Of a stretch of DNA of 35,018 nucleotides, positions 32,163-35,018 are shown piece after piece. The first letter of the stretch is position 1, and the number at the start of each line of letters is the position of its first letter. A program made the position numbers and the translations under genes. The notes beneath the pieces are model-generated. The model was not told the DNA's origin. It ran no database searches and saw nothing but the letters and a program-made list of their open reading frames with translations. The stretch comes from Eubacteriales bacterium (GTDB taxonomy: Bacteria > Bacillota > Clostridia > Oscillospirales > CAG-272), in contig JAZRHW010000170.1 in NCBI GenBank assembly GCA_045644965.1, forward strand, positions 1 to 35,018, given 5' to 3'.

Positions 32163-33235
32163 TATTCCTTTCTGTTCCTCCAATTCTTTAATACTTTGTT
32201 ATCAAAATATATGACCTTTATATCGCCATAATCAAATTGTAATTCACCGCCATAAACCAATATTGCTGACGGTTCTATTTGTTTAATCATTTCTCGCATT
32301 CCATCTTCCCATATCTGCAATGCTTCCTCGTCTTGTTTTACTCCTATCGTTGATACCGATACAATACTTCCTTTCGGAATGCCTAAGAAGCAAAAATCAA
32401 ACGTTTCCGCTTCTGCCCAAGATACCGTTGGGATCACCTTAATGCCCCTTGCTTGATAATAAGCTCCGATCTGCCTACTACGGTATATGTTCCATATCTT
32501 CATAGGCATTGGCATATCCATATATAAGCTAAAATCAGGTGTTAAAATGCACTCATATTCCCTCAAAATATCGAGATACTTTTCAGGTGCGTTCCATAAC
32601 CTCTCAAATTGGTAATCGTCAATGTAAAAGTGAATACCAACGTTTTTATCCTTGCTTGTTTTGGCATAGTTAAAACCGATTAAATCTTTAGGAATATAAT
32701 TATCGTTTTTAATTGTCGGCATCTGCCAAAAGTCATTTGATAAATTTTCGTGATCTACTATATCAAGGTTATATTCCTTGTTTGTTCGCTCTCGCTCATC
32801 GCCATAATAACCGTCATCATCGAAAATAATATCCATATCAAAGCCCGTTAGCGATATGTCAAAATCTAAATTGTCAAGCTCTTCAAGCTCTATCTTCAAT
32901 AGATCGTAATCCCATCCTGCATCTAAGGCAAGTTTATTGTCAGCTATGATATAAGCTCTTTTCTGCTCCTCGGTTAGATCCTCAACAAATATGCAAGGCA
33001 CTTCATTGCCGTTATGTAACTTTTCCTTCGCAACATCTTCGGGAAGCCTTTTCGCTCCCTCAACTCTTCCGTGTCCTGCGATAATGCCGTAATTGCTATC
33101 TATCAGGATGGGATTTATAAAGCCAAACTCTGCTATTGAATTTGTGATCTTTTCAATCTGCTTGTCACTGTGCGTTCTTGCGTTGTTTTCATAAGGTTTC
33201 AAGCGTTCTATCGGTACATTTTCGTATCTTCGCAT
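32162..33235 (-). CDS. ParB/Srx-like N-terminal domain fused to a DUF4417-like domain
   Basis: AAAGGAG RBS. IERLKPYENNARTHSDKQIEKITNSIAEFGFINPILID...IAGHGR is the ParB-N pattern. C-terminus HFYIDDYQFERLW...LTPDFSLY...VIPTVSW. No DPPY/NPPY methylase motif seen. Confidence 0.7.
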   Translation of the reverse strand: MRRYENVPIERLKPYENNARTHSDKQIEKITNSIAEFGFINPILIDSNYGIIAGHGRVEGAKRLPEDVAKEKLHNGNEVPCIFVEDLTEEQKRAYIIADNKLALDAGWDYDLLKIELEELDNLDFDISLTGFDMDIIFDDDGYYGDERERTNKEYNLDIVDHENLSNDFWQMPTIKNDNYIPKDLIGFNYAKTSKDKNVGIHFYIDDYQFERLWNAPEKYLDILREYECILTPDFSLYMDMPMPMKIWNIYRSRQIGAYYQARGIKVIPTVSWAEAETFDFCFLGIPKGSIVSVSTIGVKQDEEALQIWEDGMREMIKQIEPSAILVYGGELQFDYGDIKVIYFDNKVLKNWRNRKE

Positions 33236-33329
33236 CCTTGCTCCTTTCCAAAAAACCTATGGGAGACAAAAATATTCGCATACAGAAGGGCAAGGGTGGG
33301 TCTACTTCCACTCCCAAACCCTTCAGCTT

Positions 33330-33713
33330 TTAGGCAGGGGGGGGATTTATAAGGCTATATAGTACCTCTTTTGGTATCTTTCCATCGTCCGCTAATTTGT
33401 GATGATACCTGCATAACGTTATAAGGTTATCGTTATCAAGCCTTTTGTTATAGTTATCGCTTAATTTTTCTATATGATGAACATCTAATTCTTTATAATT
33501 AAACTGTTGCACCGTGTTATATAGGTTGGCTTCGCATACCTTACATAGGTATCTATCCCTTTGCCTTATCTCAACCGATTTGTTAGTCCATCTCTTACTC
33601 TTTCTAAACTTATCCGCTTCTGTGTCATAGGTTTTCTTTTTGTATGTTTTATAAGGGCATCTATGACCTCTTGGCACTATCCCACAGCGACTGCACGTTA
33701 TATAGTCAGCCAT
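33330..33713 (-). CDS. HNH endonuclease (packaging-associated type)
   Basis: CKVCE...LDVHHIEKLSDNYNKRLDNDNLITLCRYHH. ATG at 33713 with GAGGGTGA RBS (the track start at 33734 is TTG). Confidence 0.85.
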   Translation of the reverse strand: MADYITCSRCGIVPRGHRCPYKTYKKKTYDTEADKFRKSKRWTNKSVEIRQRDRYLCKVCEANLYNTVQQFNYKELDVHHIEKLSDNYNKRLDNDNLITLCRYHHKLADDGKIPKEVLYSLINPPPA

Positions 33714-33786
33714 TGTATCACCCTCTCTATGCAATAAAGGACACCCGCTAATAGCAGATGCCCTTTAGATATTCTTTGACATTACT

Positions 33787-33819
33787 ATTATAGCACATCT
33801 ATAATGGGATTTGTGGGAA
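33787..33819 (-). promoter_or_regulatory. candidate late promoter: extended -10 TGCTATAAT, no -35, with TTCCCA/ATCCCA direct repeats in the -35 region
   Basis: The minus strand reads TTCCCAcaaATCCCAttatagatgTGCTATAAT. Lies between the late-regulator stop and the HNH gene. Confidence 0.45.
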
Positions 33820-33825
33820 TGTTTA

Positions 33826-34206
33826 TCATAGATCCATAGTATTTATATACTTTCTCAGCTTTTTTGAGCAGGTGGTTCTTTCAAGGTGTATCTTCTCCCC
33901 TATATCCTCCCACCTCATATTCTGTATAAACCTCATCCTTGCTATTGCTCTAACCTCTATGTCATCTATCCTGTCAATAATGTCCTCTATCCTGATAAGC
34001 TCTTCGGTGTATTTCTCTATCTTTTGATTGAGCTTTTTTATCAGCTCCTCTTTTTTGATCACATACTCAACAACAGGATTGCTAATACCCGTACCGTGTG
34101 GCATACCCGTTAATTGTGGTGAGCTTATAGTTGGCAGATTCTCGATCTCCTTTTTTATGTTTTCTATATCAATTTTTAGGTAATATAACTTGTTTAATCC
34201 CCTCAT
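33826..34206 (-). CDS. RinA/ArpU/DUF1492-like late transcriptional activator (sigma-70 region-4-like HTH)
   Basis: ATG at 34206 lies 11 nt after GGGAGGAA; the first 61 codons of the track ORF overlap the upstream gene. LTGMPHGTGISNPV...VRAIARMRFIQNMRWEDIGEKIHLERTTCSKKLRK. Confidence 0.6.
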   Translation of the reverse strand: MRGLNKLYYLKIDIENIKKEIENLPTISSPQLTGMPHGTGISNPVVEYVIKKEELIKKLNQKIEKYTEELIRIEDIIDRIDDIEVRAIARMRFIQNMRWEDIGEKIHLERTTCSKKLRKYINTMDL

Positions 34207-34256
34207 TCTTGAAATTTCCTCCCGTTTTTCAAAAAAATCTGTTTCGGTGTAGTTTT

Positions 34257-34697
34257 TCACCCTTCGCTTTCCGTGTATTTCTTTTTGAGTTCGGCAATCC
34301 AATAAGAAAGCTGTCGCAAAGAATGTTCGCCACCTTCCCAATACATACGCTGTAAGTTGGTAACTTCCTTTTCTCTCATAACTTCGCAACGGCGGATTTC
34401 TTTGGCTCTGATTTTCTCAATCTCCTCAAAGATCTCCCTCGCAACCGCCCTTTCTATTTCAGCCTTCTCGTTGCTTCTTATGTGACCGCCCCAAGCAAGC
34501 AGTTCATCGTGGTCTTTTGCTAAATCGACATATTTGAGCTTTAAGTCCTCATATCTCCCCGACAGTTCCTCAACTTTGCTCTTTGGTACAACATCGGCGG
34601 TCAAAAAATCTTCACACCACCCCCCGCCTTTACCATCAGCAAACGGGAAGCCTTTTTCACAAATGCTAAAGTGAATACAATCTTTACATCGTGCCAT
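34257..34697 (-). CDS. hypothetical protein with N-terminal Cys cluster and coiled coil (146 aa)
   Basis: The track start at 34718 is TTG, whereas ATG at 34697 has a GGCGGAG RBS. Sequence MARCKDCIHFSICEKG... Confidence 0.7.
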   Translation of the reverse strand: MARCKDCIHFSICEKGFPFADGKGGGWCEDFLTADVVPKSKVEELSGRYEDLKLKYVDLAKDHDELLAWGGHIRSNEKAEIERAVAREIFEEIEKIRAKEIRRCEVMREKEVTNLQRMYWEGGEHSLRQLSYWIAELKKKYTESEG

Positions 34698-34698
34698 A

Positions 34699-34875
34699 TC
34701 ATTCTCCGCCTTTCTCAATAGAGGAAATCATTTTCTCTATTGCAATTAAGCAAACATAAGCGTGGTCTTTTCTAAGACTGATATTTGTTCCATCAGTAGC
34801 AGTCATAACCACCAATTGGAAATCGAGTGCATCTTTGACTTCGTTAAGCATTTCGAGAGGTGTCTTTTCTGCCAT
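34699..34875 (-). CDS. hypothetical protein (58 aa)
   Basis: ATG at 34875 overlaps the stop of the junction-spanning gene as TAATG. The first 11 codons of the track ORF lie inside that gene. Confidence 0.6.
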   Translation of the reverse strand: MAEKTPLEMLNEVKDALDFQLVVMTATDGTNISLRKDHAYVCLIAIEKMISSIEKGGE

Positions 34876-35018
34876 TACTCCGCACCGCCTTTCATCTTCG
34901 CTCCGCATTTGGGGCAGAAGTTAGTATCTGCGTCCCAAGTTGTGTTGCACTTTAAGCATCGAAAGCAGACCTTTTCACTATCGAATAATATAAATGTTCG
35001 CTTTTCCCACTCCCCCTC
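34875..35018 (-). CDS. C-terminal part of the junction-spanning 110-aa zinc-ribbon protein (see 1..213)
   Basis: Exactly 144 nt in frame with the left-end fragment. Sequence ...FILFDSEKVCFRCLKCNTTWDADTNFCPKCGAKMKGGAE, stop TAA. Confidence 0.7.
   Translation of the reverse strand, partial: EGEWEKRTFILFDSEKVCFRCLKCNTTWDADTNFCPKCGAKMKGGAE
34995..35018. repeat. second copy of the 24-bp terminal overlap
   Basis: Identical to 1..24. Confidence 0.9.

Noticed and set aside
33826-34389. Long N-terminal extensions in the ORF track (this ORF, and also 4660..5085, 1967..2326, 637..879, 25938..27122 and 23509..23898)
   Set aside because: The extensions begin upstream of the evident RBS or inside the preceding gene, and several track starts are TTG or GTG. 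Internal ATGs with consensus Shine-Dalgarno spacing give non-overlapping or minimally overlapping genes.
34995-35018. 24-bp end repeat as a biological direct terminal repeat or cos end
   Set aside because: It is too short, and it lies inside an ORF that reads continuously across the junction. It is typical of an assembler overlap on a circular contig.

Overview
The window is one complete temperate siphovirus-type phage genome. Its first and last 24 bp are identical, so the contig closes into a circle of 34,994 unique bp, and one minus-strand gene reads across the junction. Nearly all genes are on the minus strand. Transcription runs from a Cro-like gene (start 10034) leftwards through an early region: ERF annealase, PD-(D/E)XK exonuclease, SSB, NinB-like protein, PP-loop ATPase, resolvase-like nuclease, DnaD-like organizer, DnaC-like loader, dUTPase, ThyX-like protein, Lar-like protein and many zinc-ribbon miniproteins. 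It continues over the junction to a RinA/ArpU-like late regulator (33826..34206). The late genes follow: HNH, a three-gene accessory insert (ParB-DUF4417, HEXXH protein, Lys-rich miniprotein), TerS, TerL, HK97-type portal, protease and capsid, head-tail joining genes, major tail, frameshifted chaperone, tape measure, Dit, Tal, two fibre/RBP genes, a class-3 lipase cassette and a PlyG-like amidase-SPOR endolysin. The plus strand carries only the lysogeny module: a cI-like XRE repressor, a second XRE/coiled-coil protein and a large serine recombinase. The ORF track uses TTG/GTG as well as ATG starts, so I re-derived many starts from RBS context. I also found features the track hides. These are an in-frame TGA splitting the only endolysin, a canonical A_AAA_AAC -1 frameshift in the tail chaperone, four sub-60-aa ORFs with strong RBSs and one weaker one (9247..9381), a palindromic operator set, and several intrinsic terminators. 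The items most worth follow-up are the TGA-interrupted, terminator-shielded endolysin, the neighbouring hairpin-flanked lipase with no recognisable holin nearby, the insert between HNH and TerS, and an antisense promoter/ORF converging on the repressor gene. All family names come from motif recognition by eye and need HMM or structure searches to confirm. I saw no tRNA, CRISPR array, reverse transcriptase or transposase.
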